Shown here piece after piece: positions 8,922-18,667 of a stretch of DNA of 64,000 nt (within the stretch, counting starts at the first letter, position 1; every line of letters begins with the position of its first letter). The translations under genes were made by a program, and so were the position numbers. Below the pieces are notes generated by a model. It made no database searches. It saw nothing but the letters and a program-made list of their open reading frames with translations, and was not told the DNA's origin. The stretch comes from Clostridia bacterium. GTDB taxonomy: Bacteria; Bacillota; Clostridia; UBA1212; UBA1255. Where the stretch lies: NCBI GenBank assembly GCA_017620915.1, contig JAFZSK010000051.1:24215-88214 (forward strand), written 5' to 3'.

Positions 8922-9559
8922 CCTTTCGTTATGTCGTTGTCCGCTGTCTTGAGTGCGTCGTACACCGCGGCCAGGGGCAATCCTACCACGTTGTCGTAGT
9001 TGCCTCTTATGCGGTCAATATGCACTGCAAACGCCCCCTGTATGCCGTACGCACCGGCTTTGTCCAGCGGGTCGCCGCTGCGGATGTAGTCGCCAATTTC
9101 ATTGTCGCTGAGCTCTGCCACGTGGACTTCCGTGGCCACACAATAGCTTTTAAGACGCGGCTTTGCGGCATTCCCGGCGCGGTATGCCAGCGTGAACCCC
9201 GTGAGCACCCGGTGCGTTTTGCCGGAGAGCGCCCGCAGCATTTTGCGCGCATCAGCCGCGTCGGCCGGTTTGCCCAGCATCACCGGTTCGCTGCCGTTAC
9301 TGCCGTCCAGCCACACGGACGTATCCGCGGTGAGTATCACTTCGCCGGGCCGCACGCCGCGCGCTTTTAATACCGCTTCCGCTTTGCCGCGGGAGATCTG
9401 TTCCGCGATCTTTCGCGGCCTTTGGGCGGTGTATGTCTCATCCGCCGGTATGGAAATGACGGTCAGCGGCAATCCCAGCCGCGCCGCCAGCTCTTTCCGC
9501 CGCGGCGATGCTGAGGCCAGACAGAGGGTCTCAATGTTCTTGAATACTGTTGAAGCCAT
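8918..9559 (-). CDS. maf: Maf-like nucleoside triphosphate pyrophosphatase (septum formation protein)
   Basis: LxLASxSPRRxELL near the N-terminus, GKPxDxxDA, AGAYGIQG. Overlaps the upstream gene by 4 nt. Confidence 0.85.
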   Translation of the reverse strand: MASTVFKNIETLCLASASPRRKELAARLGLPLTVISIPADETYTAQRPRKIAEQISRGKAEAVLKARGVRPGEVILTADTSVWLDGSNGSEPVMLGKPADAADARKMLRALSGKTHRVLTGFTLAYRAGNAAKPRLKSYCVATEVHVAELSDNEIGDYIRSGDPLDKAGAYGIQGAFAVHIDRIRGNYDNVVGLPLAAVYDALKTADNDITKG

Positions 9560-9574
9560 AGCGGTTCCGGCAGC

Positions 9575-10021
9575 TTATTCTTTGATCAGCTGCTTGATCC
9601 AGCGTTTTTCTTTGAGGGAAACTTTGCCGTCGATGGCGCACACCATCAGGCAGGTAGTGATGATGTCGTTCTTGAGGTCGTCCGACAGCAGGCCCAGGAA
9701 GTCCACCATGTAGTCGACGTCGCTCTTGAGTTCTTTGCTCATCGTCTTGTTTTCTTTGACCAGCGCCTTGCAGTAGTCGTAGTCAATGCCGGTGCCGAAG
9801 AACCGCCGGAGCGCGGGCTCCATGAACGCGTACTCTTCTTCGGACAATTTGCCGTCGGAGACAACGGCCCCCATCAGGAACCGCGCGAAGATCTGCTCGC
9901 TCTCGGCGGTGATGTACTGCAGCGCGGGAATGATGCGCGCGGACAACTCACCCAGTATCTCGTTATAGCTCTCTACGTCCATTTCTTCAAATTCTCTGCA
10001 AAGGTCGTTAAACTCTTTCAT
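9575..10021 (-). CDS. TerB-like (tellurite-resistance TerB family) protein
   Basis: 148 aa, acidic and helical, with two TerB-like half-repeats (VVSDGKLSEEE ... CAIDGKVSLKEK). Confidence 0.45.
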   Translation of the reverse strand: MKEFNDLCREFEEMDVESYNEILGELSARIIPALQYITAESEQIFARFLMGAVVSDGKLSEEEYAFMEPALRRFFGTGIDYDYCKALVKENKTMSKELKSDVDYMVDFLGLLSDDLKNDIITTCLMVCAIDGKVSLKEKRWIKQLIKE

Positions 10022-10234
10022 GCTCGGTCGCTCCTCTTGATATTGTATATTCTGCTTCTTCTGACGGATCGGCGGTCGCGCCGCGTCGTTTCACGAGGAT
10101 ATTATACACTTTTCATGGGAGAAATTGCAAACTGCGAACCGAGTGGTGACGCCGCATTTCCATTCGGGAGGCCGCAATCTTCAAAACAACGAATTGCGGC
10201 CTCCGCACCGCCTTCGGTGACCGCAAGCGATTGT

Positions 10235-10654
10235 TCAACTCGGACTTGAAACAGGCATTATCTCTATCTCCGGAAGCAGTCGGTCGTGTTTCATGGGTCT
10301 TCCGCCGTATTGACCGGTGAAGCAGACGTCAAACTCTTTTTTCTCGTTTGCACGGAGAAAGAAAACGGTCTCGAGCGCATCATCATGGGCAAATAATACC
10401 CGCTCTGTTAACAGATGCCCTTTAACATCGTCGTCAAAACAGCCCTTTATTTGAAACTCCATATCCCGCGATGTACAGTTCCTGAGAGACAGCGTGCAAT
10501 AGATGTAAACACTGTCGCCTTTCACTTCAAAGTCTGAAAAAAAGCTCTCGGAATCAATGACTATGATATCCTTATTGATTGCGGTTTTGGCACAGCCGGA
10601 AATCAGCAGGACCGGCAGCAACAGCAGGGCAAAAAAACGTTTATTTAGCGTCAT
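10235..10654 (-). CDS. Small lipoprotein, unknown function
   Basis: Signal peptide with LISGC lipobox. Overlaps the upstream membrane-protein gene by 14 nt. Confidence 0.5.
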   Translation of the reverse strand: MTLNKRFFALLLLPVLLISGCAKTAINKDIIVIDSESFFSDFEVKGDSVYIYCTLSLRNCTSRDMEFQIKGCFDDDVKGHLLTERVLFAHDDALETVFFLRANEKKEFDVCFTGQYGGRPMKHDRLLPEIEIMPVSSPS

Positions 10655-12224
10655 TGTTCTTATACTCCTTGTATGCGCGCTCCGCGCGGAGCTCAGGCAG
10701 GCTCAGTTCCCAGACTGAACGGTCTTTGTTGTCCCGCGCGTACTGTTCGAGCAGCGTCGCGGCATGACTGCGGACCATGTTGTCCGCGCGTTCGTCGGTC
10801 GCCAGTTGGCAGAGGGTGGGTATTGCCGACGGCCCGAGCTGCTCGAGGTAGTACACGTCGATCTCTTCTGTGCGTCCCGAAACGTAGCAGTCGTAGTTGT
10901 GCTCCGCGATCAAAGCGTCGGTATCGGGCACCGCCAGCAGCGCGAAGAACAGCACGAAGATCGCCAGCGCCGCGGCGGCGAAAGGCAGTTTCGTTACAAA
11001 CTGTTTAATTATCGCCAGGAAGAACAGCAGGATGATCAGCGCCATGAACCACAGCGTGTACAGGCGCAGGCGGGTGAGGCCGTACGCCGAGACGTACATC
11101 AGCATCTGCGAGATCGCCGTGGCCGAGATCACGATCGTGACCAGGGAAAGTACCGCGGTGCAGATCTTTACGACCGGAGAGATGCGGTCAGTTGACGTTT
11201 TGCGGGTGAATACGCGCAGCAGAATGAGGACAACGGCGTTGATCGCCGCCGCGACACACAGCCGGAAGAACCCGTCCCGCGCGAACTCCGCGTAAGTGTA
11301 TGCTTTCGGCAGCGCGCCGGAAAAAACTGCCTGATAGTAATCCGCGTGGGCAATGATAAATACGATGTACAGGAAAAGCAGCGGGATCAACGCCACGGCG
11401 CCCACCAGCGCGGGCATGAATTTCATTTTATTTTCTAAATTGATGCAGCTTTCGCGGGTGTAAGTGTCCGGCGCCGGATGTGCCCCCGTGTACAGCGCGC
11501 CGTAAACGAACATGCCCAGCGGAATGCCGAAGATCAGCGACCAGAGGCGGCTGAAGATCTGATCGAATACGTTCGCCCGGATATTTTCAAGGATCGTCGT
11601 GAAATTGGCGTCGTAGGAGAGCAGGCCGAGTACGAGCGTTGTCGGAATTATCGTCAACCCGATGCCCGCGAGGATCAACAGCAGCGTCTTGCCGAGTTTT
11701 TTGCCGCCCTTGTTCGAACCGATCGACCGTACCGCGGCGCCAATGCTCTTAAAAGGGGAGACCAGCAGCGCTTTGACGGTCTCAAGCACGTACAGCTGAC
11801 CCGCGCAGTCTTCGAGCGCAGTATCGGAACCCGTCTGACAAAACAGGAAGAAGGCAACGACCGCATACGTGAACACGCAAAACCGCAGCAGCGGACTGCC
11901 GTTTAAAAACAGTCCGGCGGAGAGCAGCAGCGCGCTGACCGGGTAAAAATAGCATCTTGCCTTGCGCCGCTGTTTCCCGAAAAACACAAAGGCGAAGGCA
12001 AACAGCAGGACCGTGAAGATCAGGCCCATGAAAGGTTTGTTCCATACGAAAAACGTGCGGCAGAACAGGTAGCCGACCAGTGCGGCGAGCCACGCCAGAA
12101 CTTTTTCCTTTGTACTGAATTCGGTTTTGGGCGGATCGTTCGCGGTAAAGGGTTCCGCCGACGGTGCAGCGTTAACAGTATTTTCAGTATTAGCAGTATT
12201 AGCAGTAGTTTGTTGTTCGTCCAT
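10641..12224 (-). CDS. Polytopic membrane protein (DUF4153-like), unknown function
   Basis: 527 aa with ~10 predicted TM helices and a soluble C-terminal helical domain. Confidence 0.5.
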   Translation of the reverse strand: MDEQQTTANTANTENTVNAAPSAEPFTANDPPKTEFSTKEKVLAWLAALVGYLFCRTFFVWNKPFMGLIFTVLLFAFAFVFFGKQRRKARCYFYPVSALLLSAGLFLNGSPLLRFCVFTYAVVAFFLFCQTGSDTALEDCAGQLYVLETVKALLVSPFKSIGAAVRSIGSNKGGKKLGKTLLLILAGIGLTIIPTTLVLGLLSYDANFTTILENIRANVFDQIFSRLWSLIFGIPLGMFVYGALYTGAHPAPDTYTRESCINLENKMKFMPALVGAVALIPLLFLYIVFIIAHADYYQAVFSGALPKAYTYAEFARDGFFRLCVAAAINAVVLILLRVFTRKTSTDRISPVVKICTAVLSLVTIVISATAISQMLMYVSAYGLTRLRLYTLWFMALIILLFFLAIIKQFVTKLPFAAAALAIFVLFFALLAVPDTDALIAEHNYDCYVSGRTEEIDVYYLEQLGPSAIPTLCQLATDERADNMVRSHAATLLEQYARDNKDRSVWELSLPELRAERAYKEYKNNDAK

Positions 12225-12239
12225 TGATTTACCCGCCTT

Positions 12240-12446
12240 TCATTCGTCTTTGCGGTATTCGATAATGTCGTTGACGTCGCAGTCCAGCGCGCGGCAGATC
12301 GCGTCCAGCGTGGAGAACCGCACCGCCTTGGCCTTGTTGTTTTTGAGGATCGAGAGGTTGGCCAGCGTGATGCCGACTTTTTCGGAGAGTTCCCCGAGCG
12401 ACATCTTGCGCTTCGCCATCATAACATCGAGATTGATGACTATCAT
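12240..12446 (-). CDS. XRE-family helix-turn-helix transcriptional regulator
   Basis: 68 aa. MSLGELSEKVGITLANLSILKNNKAKAVRFSTLDAICRAL is a Cro/C1-type HTH. Confidence 0.8.
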   Translation of the reverse strand: MIVINLDVMMAKRKMSLGELSEKVGITLANLSILKNNKAKAVRFSTLDAICRALDCDVNDIIEYRKDE

Positions 12447-12458
12447 GGGGCACTCCTT

Positions 12459-12932
12459 TCAGACCGTCAGGTCGTTTTCTTCTTTAATGTAGACCGCTTC
12501 TTCGATGACGTTCTTGACTACGCGGATTGTCAGTCCTACGAAGAGCACCGCGGCGCCCGCGATGACCGCGAGGAGCGTGCAGAAAGCGAGGGCCATCATG
12601 ATGAAGCCCATGAAGATCAGGCACCAGGAGATGTAGCGGATCAGTTCCACGGCGGGTCGGGTGAAGACGCGTCCTTTTTTCACCAGCAGGAGGAGCGCGA
12701 AGAGCATTGCCAGCCCCGCGGCCATCAGCGCGAGCTCGGCGTAGGCGGCTGCGTACACGATCACTTTCTGAGCGGGCAATAGATTCAGCAGCGCGCCGTG
12801 GCGGTCGGGCAATTTCAGCAGATATTCTATAAAGGACGGCATGAAGAAGGCCAGCACAACTGTTCCGCAGAACATCAGCGCGGTCAATACGATGGAGATG
12901 GTCACCGACAATTTTCTGTTGATCTTTAGCAT
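12459..12932 (-). CDS. DUF2975 family membrane protein (partner of the XRE regulator)
   Basis: 157 aa, four TM helices. The DUF2975 plus short XRE operon architecture is conserved. Confidence 0.65.
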   Translation of the reverse strand: MLKINRKLSVTISIVLTALMFCGTVVLAFFMPSFIEYLLKLPDRHGALLNLLPAQKVIVYAAAYAELALMAAGLAMLFALLLLVKKGRVFTRPAVELIRYISWCLIFMGFIMMALAFCTLLAVIAGAAVLFVGLTIRVVKNVIEEAVYIKEENDLTV

Positions 12933-12965
12933 AAAGCGCCTCCGTGATGTTTGATCTACGCAGGC

Positions 12966-13030
12966 ATCTTACCACGGCCCGAATCGAATGTCAATACTTT
13001 TTTATCGAAAAACAATAAAAATTTTTCGAT
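12966..13030 (-). promoter_or_regulatory. Promoter of the DUF2975-XRE operon with upstream 9-bp-arm palindrome
   Basis: Minus strand reads TTGACA-17-TAAGAT. Just upstream is the palindrome ATCGAAAAA-n9-TTTTTCGAT (13004-13030). Confidence 0.4.
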
Positions 13031-13455
13031 TGTCAAAAGTGCGGCCACCCGGCAGCGGATACCGGAGCATCTTAGAAAAGACCCGCTGCCTTAAGTCTGG
13101 GGAGCGCGATTGCGGCTTCTATTCGAATATTGTCGACCGGATGCAATGCCGCAATCTGATGCTGGAAAACGCATATGGCATGAGAGTCGAAGACTTCGGG
13201 GTCAACATAAGCTGCGGCGCGGACTATCGTTTGTTTTACGAGAAAGTGCTGGCGAATCTTGGCTGAGGCGCCCGACTCACTTTTTGAACTTGAAAAGCAC
13301 TTGAAACGCCATTGACCTATCAAAATTGGTCAGGCAAAAAAGAAAACGCAAAAAACCATGTGACTTTTCCGCCCGAATGGGGTACTATATGGGTGCAAGG
13401 ATAAAATTGTCCCGCTCCCGCCGGACAGGCGGACAGCAAAACGGAGGTATCTGAT

Positions 13456-14808
13456 ATGAAAAAGTTACTGATCATCGTGTTGACGATCTGCATGGTAGTG
13501 GTTGCCGGCTGCGCGACAGCGAAGAAGCCCGCGGCGCAGAACGGAAACGGCACGAATACCGAAAACGGCGGCAATACCGTTATTGACCATACCACCAAAC
13601 CCGGCGAGTACGCAGATGGCGTGATCGGCGAGAATAAGAGCGAGAGTTCCGAGCACGGTGATGGCATTGTCCCCGGTTCGGTGTATGACAAAGACGGTAA
13701 GATCCGTTATGACTCCGGTTATGCTACCGAGGCCATGCCCGCCGTGGATATCGATTACGGCGAATATCCGGTCGACGTGTACGTCCCCGAGCCGGTGTAT
13801 CCGGGCGGCATCGAAGACGGCCAGATCACGGCCGGCACGCTCACCGCGGGCGAGATCAAGGACCTGGACGATCTGGCGCACTGGCTCACGCTGTGGAACG
13901 AGGCCAGCTGGGACAACGTTAAAAAAGCGCGCGGCCTCAACGTCGAAAACGTGATCGCTGTGAAGGCGGCGCCGATGGCGGAAGTGAAACTGATTGACGG
14001 CGACAATACGCTGTACACCGCCGTTGCCGACATCTACGGCAACGCGTACCTGCTCTACAAAGCGGCGGACAACGGTAAGGCTGCGGCAGTTGTCAGCGGC
14101 TCCGACCGCAAAGAACTTACGCTTGCCCCCGGTGCGGTCGTCGAACTGACCCAGGCACAGGCTGTGAGCGCTGCAAAACTTGACCTGATGCTGATGATCG
14201 ACACCACCGGCAGTATGGGCGACGAATTGGAATACATCAAAGTCGAACTCAAAGATGTCATCGAGCGCGTGCGTAAAGAGCAGAACATTGACATCCGCAT
14301 CAGCGTCAACTTCTACCGCGACGAAGGCGATGAATACATCGTGAAGTATTACGACTTCCGCGAGAATATTGACGACTGCGTCGCGATCCTGTCCGAGCAG
14401 TACTCCAACGGCGGCGGCGACTACCCCGAGGCCGTGCACACCGCGATCAACAACGTGCTCCAGCACAACTGGCGCCAGGACGCCGTGAAGCTCTGCTTCT
14501 TCGTGCTGGACGCGCCTCCGCACTCCGAGGATGAGATCCAGAGCATCAACGCGGGCATGCTGAAAGACGTGGAATCCATGGCAGCGCAGGGCATCCGCTT
14601 TATCTCTGTGGTGTCTTCCGGCGCGGACAGCGATGTGGAAGTGCTGATGCGCAGCTTCGCCGTGATGACCGGCGGCACCTACCTCTTCCTGACCAACGAT
14701 TCCGGCATCGGCGGCGACCATCAGGAACCCACCGACACGCAGTACGAGATCGAACCGCTCAACGACTGCATGGTGCGCGTGATCAAGGATTACGTATTCG
14801 CAAAGTAA
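13456..14808 (+). CDS. von Willebrand factor type A (vWA) domain lipoprotein
   Basis: Lipobox VVAGC. The MIDAS-like motif LMIDTTGSMGDE lies in a Rossmann-like vWA region. SD GGAGG. Confidence 0.7.
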   Translation: MKKLLIIVLTICMVVVAGCATAKKPAAQNGNGTNTENGGNTVIDHTTKPGEYADGVIGENKSESSEHGDGIVPGSVYDKDGKIRYDSGYATEAMPAVDIDYGEYPVDVYVPEPVYPGGIEDGQITAGTLTAGEIKDLDDLAHWLTLWNEASWDNVKKARGLNVENVIAVKAAPMAEVKLIDGDNTLYTAVADIYGNAYLLYKAADNGKAAAVVSGSDRKELTLAPGAVVELTQAQAVSAAKLDLMLMIDTTGSMGDELEYIKVELKDVIERVRKEQNIDIRISVNFYRDEGDEYIVKYYDFRENIDDCVAILSEQYSNGGGDYPEAVHTAINNVLQHNWRQDAVKLCFFVLDAPPHSEDEIQSINAGMLKDVESMAAQGIRFISVVSSGADSDVEVLMRSFAVMTGGTYLFLTNDSGIGGDHQEPTDTQYEIEPLNDCMVRVIKDYVFAK

Positions 14809-14851
14809 AATTAGTTTTCGGACGATCCGCTTCGGATCCGGAGGCGTTGAT

Positions 14852-15724
14852 TTGCGCAAAGGAACAGTTTTCGTCCTCCTGTCTGCGGTGTTATTCGCGA
14901 CAGGAGGACTGTTTTTCAAGAAATGCAGCTGGAACGCGATGGCAATGAGCAGCGCACGCTCGATCATTGCCGGCACGCTCATTCTTTGCGTGATGCTCGC
15001 ACGAAAGCACAAGTTCAGGGTCAACGCGAGCGTGATCGCGGCGGCAATTGCCATCTCGGTGACCAACAACCTCTACGCGCTGGCCAATAAATTGACCACG
15101 GCGGGCAACACGATCGTTCTCCAATTCTCGATGCCCGTCTTCGTCATCATAATAATGGCGCTGCTGTACAAGAAAAAGCCCACGCCCCTCGAGCTGGTTA
15201 CTTGCTTCGCGGTCCTGGCGGGGATCATCTGCTTTTTCATCGATTCGCTCACGGCGGGCAACATGCTAGGCAACGCTCTGGCCCTCATCTCCGGCATTTC
15301 CTACGCCTGCTTTTTCATTTTCAACAGCCGCGACGACTCGGAGCCGTTCACGGCGATCCTGCTGTCGTATGTGTTGACCGCGCTGATCGGTCTGCCGTGG
15401 CTGCTCCGCACGAATATTGCCGCCACGCCGGCGAACGAGCTGCTTTGCGTCGCCGCTCTCGGCCTCATCCAGCAGGGCGCGGCGCAGATGTGTTTTGCGG
15501 TCGGGATCAAGCGCACTCCGCCCGTGGCCGCGTCGCTGATCTCCGGCATCGAGCCCATTCTCAATCCGGTGCTGGTCGCGGTATTCTACGGCGAGACGCT
15601 GACGTGGCTTTCGCTCGTCGGGGCGGCAATAGTTCTCGCCTCGGTCCTGTTATTCAACGTCCTTACGGCGCGTCGAGGGCCTGATGAAGATGCGGCGGAG
15701 ACCGAAACGGTGCCCGGAACATAG
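14852..15724 (+). CDS. EamA/DMT superfamily transporter
   Basis: 290 aa, 10 TM helices, two EamA repeats. TTG start with SD GGAGGCG. Confidence 0.75.
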   Translation: MRKGTVFVLLSAVLFATGGLFFKKCSWNAMAMSSARSIIAGTLILCVMLARKHKFRVNASVIAAAIAISVTNNLYALANKLTTAGNTIVLQFSMPVFVIIIMALLYKKKPTPLELVTCFAVLAGIICFFIDSLTAGNMLGNALALISGISYACFFIFNSRDDSEPFTAILLSYVLTALIGLPWLLRTNIAATPANELLCVAALGLIQQGAAQMCFAVGIKRTPPVAASLISGIEPILNPVLVAVFYGETLTWLSLVGAAIVLASVLLFNVLTARRGPDEDAAETETVPGT

Positions 15725-16051
15725 CCGGCTGCACTCGCGCATTTTACGGTCCCGGGCGCCTTCTCGAGCCGCATTAGAAAGCTAAAGTAAACAAAAAACC
15801 ATTGATCAATCGATTTATGTTTATGAAAACGTTTGCGGAGTAGGGCAATGTAAAGGAATATGAGCATGAAAGCCGGGATTTATAAACAAAAATGGCCAAT
15901 AACATGAGTTTTTGTTTATTTTGAAAGAAAAACCGCGTGAAAAATGAAAATGACAGGTATTGCCCCATTTCAGCAAGCGCCATCTGTTGCAAGGCTTGAA
16001 TCAAGCATTGACATAACGATTTCGGGAGCAGAGTCCCGGTCAATAAAACTA

Positions 16052-16080
16052 TTGACACCGCCAAACAATCTTGGTATAAT
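16052..16080 (+). promoter_or_regulatory. Sigma-70 promoter of tRNA-Ser
   Basis: TTGACA-17 nt-TATAAT, 14 nt upstream of the tRNA 5' end. Confidence 0.6.
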
Positions 16081-16094
16081 TGGCGCGTTCGACT

Positions 16095-16183
16095 GGAGAA
16101 GTACCCAAGTAGGTCGAAGGGGACGGTTTGCTAAACCGTTAGGTCGGGTTACCGGCGCCGGGGTTCGAATCCCCGCTTCTCCG
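16095..16183 (+). tRNA. tRNA-Ser (anticodon GCT)
   Basis: Cloverleaf read by hand: acceptor GGAGAAG/CTTCTCC, anticodon loop TTGCTAA, long variable arm, T-loop GGTTCGAATCC, discriminator G. No encoded CCA. Confidence 0.85.
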
Positions 16184-16225
16184 TAAAAATAAAGGGCACC
16201 TTCTGAGGTGCCCTTTATTTTTATG
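16184..16225 (+). terminator. Intrinsic terminator after tRNA-Ser
   Basis: aaagggcacc-ttctga-ggtgcccttt followed by atttttat. Confidence 0.7.
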
Positions 16226-16411
16226 CTCTGGGGGATTCGAACCGAGCGTCAGCACAACCGGGTACTCAGGAAAAAGGTAAGAAGTGCGTGGCGATATGCC
16301 GGGGGCATATCGCAGCGAGGAGGGCCCTTTAAGCAAATCTGACACACCCGGAGAAAACAGGGAAGATTTGCGTGGGCGAATCCCCGTCAATTATTATGAA
16401 AGATGAAATTA

Positions 16412-16804
16412 TCACCTTTTTGCTATAAGTAGTTTCTCGCGAAGTGCTTCTTGCAGCACTTGTGAAAAATTGATATTTGCCTGCTCCGCTTCTTTGCAGA
16501 GAAGCCAGGGGATAGTGCAATTCTTTTTTACCGCTCTGTTTTCATACGCTTTTCTGTATTGGTCAAAGTCGATATCAACAAGTGTAAGCAGTTCGCCTTT
16601 TTTAACCGGGTAAGTCATATGATGCGGGGAGGGAATGCTTTTTTTATCATAATAGTAATCAACACCCATCATTCCTATAGCGTCTCTTGCCATACCGATT
16701 GCTTCTGCCAGGGAATCACCTTGAGTATTGGCTTCAAAATCCGGTATATAAACGGAGTATCCTTTTGCTTCCGGGGTCAATATCACCGGGTATACTGTTT
16801 TCAT
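16412..16804 (-). CDS. hicB: HicB family antitoxin
   Basis: 130 aa. The N-terminus YPVILTPEAKGYSVYIPDF is a HicB RNase H-like fold. The C-terminus is an RHH-like DNA-binding tail. Confidence 0.8.
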   Translation of the reverse strand: MKTVYPVILTPEAKGYSVYIPDFEANTQGDSLAEAIGMARDAIGMMGVDYYYDKKSIPSPHHMTYPVKKGELLTLVDIDFDQYRKAYENRAVKKNCTIPWLLCKEAEQANINFSQVLQEALREKLLIAKR

Positions 16805-16814
16805 GTGTTGCCTC

Positions 16815-16988
16815 CTATTTTAAGTTGCGTCTTCTTATTATTGCCTGAGCCACTGCTTCTTTTATTTCGGTTTGCCTCGATATTGGCTCGATCTCTTTTC
16901 CGTTTGTATAGATATCATGATTGCCGCCATTCCGCTTTAGATACCACCCGTTTCTAAGTAATAGCTTTATCAGATCTTTACGTTTCAT
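16815..16988 (-). CDS. hicA: HicA family mRNA interferase toxin
   Basis: Start set to MKRKDLIKLLLRNGW (SD GGGAGGG 3 nt upstream). Carries the YcfA-like HicA signature GGNHDIY. The track ORF began at an upstream non-RBS start. Confidence 0.75.
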   Translation of the reverse strand: MKRKDLIKLLLRNGWYLKRNGGNHDIYTNGKEIEPISRQTEIKEAVAQAIIRRRNLK

Positions 16989-17007
16989 GTTACCCTCCCG
17001 GACATTA

Positions 17008-17036
17008 ATTATACGCCTTGAATACGTATTTGTAAA
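17008..17036 (-). promoter_or_regulatory. Sigma-70 promoter of hicAB
   Basis: Minus strand reads TTTACA-17-TATAAT. The predicted transcription start falls ~13 nt before the hicA ATG. Confidence 0.45.
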
Positions 17037-17176
17037 GCACATTTTAGCTTTTGTGGCACATCCCTTGACGTAAAATTGCCGGTATGCTATTCTTTATGTG
17101 CTGAGAGTATGCGACGTATTTCGGGAACGTTGCCCGCTAGGAGGCGAGCCTTATTAAAAGAAACATTTTTATACAT

Positions 17177-18667
17177 TTGATTATTGTTTTGTCGGTAACT
17201 GTTTGCCTGTCGCTGCTGTTTGCCTGCCAAACGGGGCAGGGCACGGGAAAGGGCGATGGACGGGACCATTCGCACGATATCAAATATTCGACCGCATTCA
17301 TGTCTTCCGCCGCGCCGGACGGCTACGCTACTCCGTACACCGTAGCATTTTGTTCGGGCTGCGGCACCGAAAGCGCCGTTGCCCAAAACGTGTCATTCGA
17401 GGAGATCGCGCAATTCTCCGCAGAGCTGGCGCATCCGCCGCGGACAGATCATTTCAACAGTTTCATTCCGGCTGAGCTGGATTCGCTGCTACCCGTACTG
17501 GACTATGCAATGTATAACGGATACGACCGGATCTGCGTTCCTTCTTCGGAGTTCGACGACGCGACGGTATTATCCGCGTCGCGGTATCTGAAGATGATAT
17601 ATTATGTCAATGACAACGGTATAACAGCCAGGAAGGTATCCGGTTTTGTCAACGATGCCGGCGAGACCGTCAACTATATCTACTTGTCGATCATGGGTCT
17701 GAACGGCGTTGACGCTGCACACTACCGTGAGGCGATCGACGAGGCAAAGCGGATCGTTGACACCGTGCCGGAGGATTACAACGAATACGAAACTGCAATG
17801 TATCTGTACCGCTATCTGACGGTTAACGTTGATTATTATTCCGGCGACTACTACGGCGATACGGACTGGAACCTGCTCTACGACGCGCTGATAAAAAAGA
17901 AGACGGTATGTGCCGGATACAGCGAAGCGATGTATGTGCTGTACAACCTGGCGGGGATCGAGTGCTTCCCCATTTACGGCTACATAAACGACAGCAGCTA
18001 CAGTTTTGATCCTTCAAAACCCTATCATGGCGGCCACGTCTGGAACATCGCAAAGCTGGGTGACACATACTATGAGTTTGATCCCACCTGGGATGCCGGA
18101 TCATTGATGGCCGATTTTTTGTTTTTCGCCGATTCGACAGATGATCTGTGCAGTTACTATCCCCGCGAAGTGGCCCAGTTCACGGATGATTATTGCGTAC
18201 CGCGCTCCGAATCCCTGTTCCCGCGCGTCGATCTGAATTACGATACTGTGGATCGTGAACTGTTGTCGATTGCCTGTACGGTATTTAATTACGCTCATAC
18301 AGATCCGCTCGAACTGCTTGCGCAGACCGGATATCAGACGAATATATTCTCCATAAAGGAGGCCGCGGACGGCTGGCTAGTTACACCGGTCGCATACGAA
18401 GAGTTTTACAGTATATTGCAGTTCTTTATCGCGGATGAGCTGATCGATATTTTCTTTGACGGCTATATCAGAAACGAAGATGGCAAGCTCGCTTTCCGGC
18501 CGGACCTGCCTTGCGGCGAGACGTACCGTTTTTGCAATGCGGAAAACGGCAATGCCGGGATCCTGATTTTTGATGAACGGGGCAACTTTACCCCGGTCAA
18601 CGCCTCATATCACATCGGGATCAAAGACGATCATTACGTACTTGACGCGTTATCCCTTTTAACGTAG
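17177..18667 (+). CDS. Transglutaminase-like domain lipoprotein
   Basis: Lipobox LLFAC. CAGYSEAMYVLYN ... HGGHVWN ... DPTWD is the Cys-His-Asp transglutaminase-core triad. Confidence 0.65.
   Translation: MIIVLSVTVCLSLLFACQTGQGTGKGDGRDHSHDIKYSTAFMSSAAPDGYATPYTVAFCSGCGTESAVAQNVSFEEIAQFSAELAHPPRTDHFNSFIPAELDSLLPVLDYAMYNGYDRICVPSSEFDDATVLSASRYLKMIYYVNDNGITARKVSGFVNDAGETVNYIYLSIMGLNGVDAAHYREAIDEAKRIVDTVPEDYNEYETAMYLYRYLTVNVDYYSGDYYGDTDWNLLYDALIKKKTVCAGYSEAMYVLYNLAGIECFPIYGYINDSSYSFDPSKPYHGGHVWNIAKLGDTYYEFDPTWDAGSLMADFLFFADSTDDLCSYYPREVAQFTDDYCVPRSESLFPRVDLNYDTVDRELLSIACTVFNYAHTDPLELLAQTGYQTNIFSIKEAADGWLVTPVAYEEFYSILQFFIADELIDIFFDGYIRNEDGKLAFRPDLPCGETYRFCNAENGNAGILIFDERGNFTPVNASYHIGIKDDHYVLDALSLLT

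Noticed and set aside
13465-15069. 534-aa minus-strand ORF spanning the vWA and DMT genes
   Set aside because: Crosses an intergenic region and two well-supported plus-strand genes. Composition-driven artefact.
16225-16260. Inverted T-loop-like fragment as a phage/ICE attachment site
   Set aside because: Only 13 nt match and they are in inverted orientation. No T-stem pairing and no integrase in the window. Kept only as a minor note within the hicAB finding.
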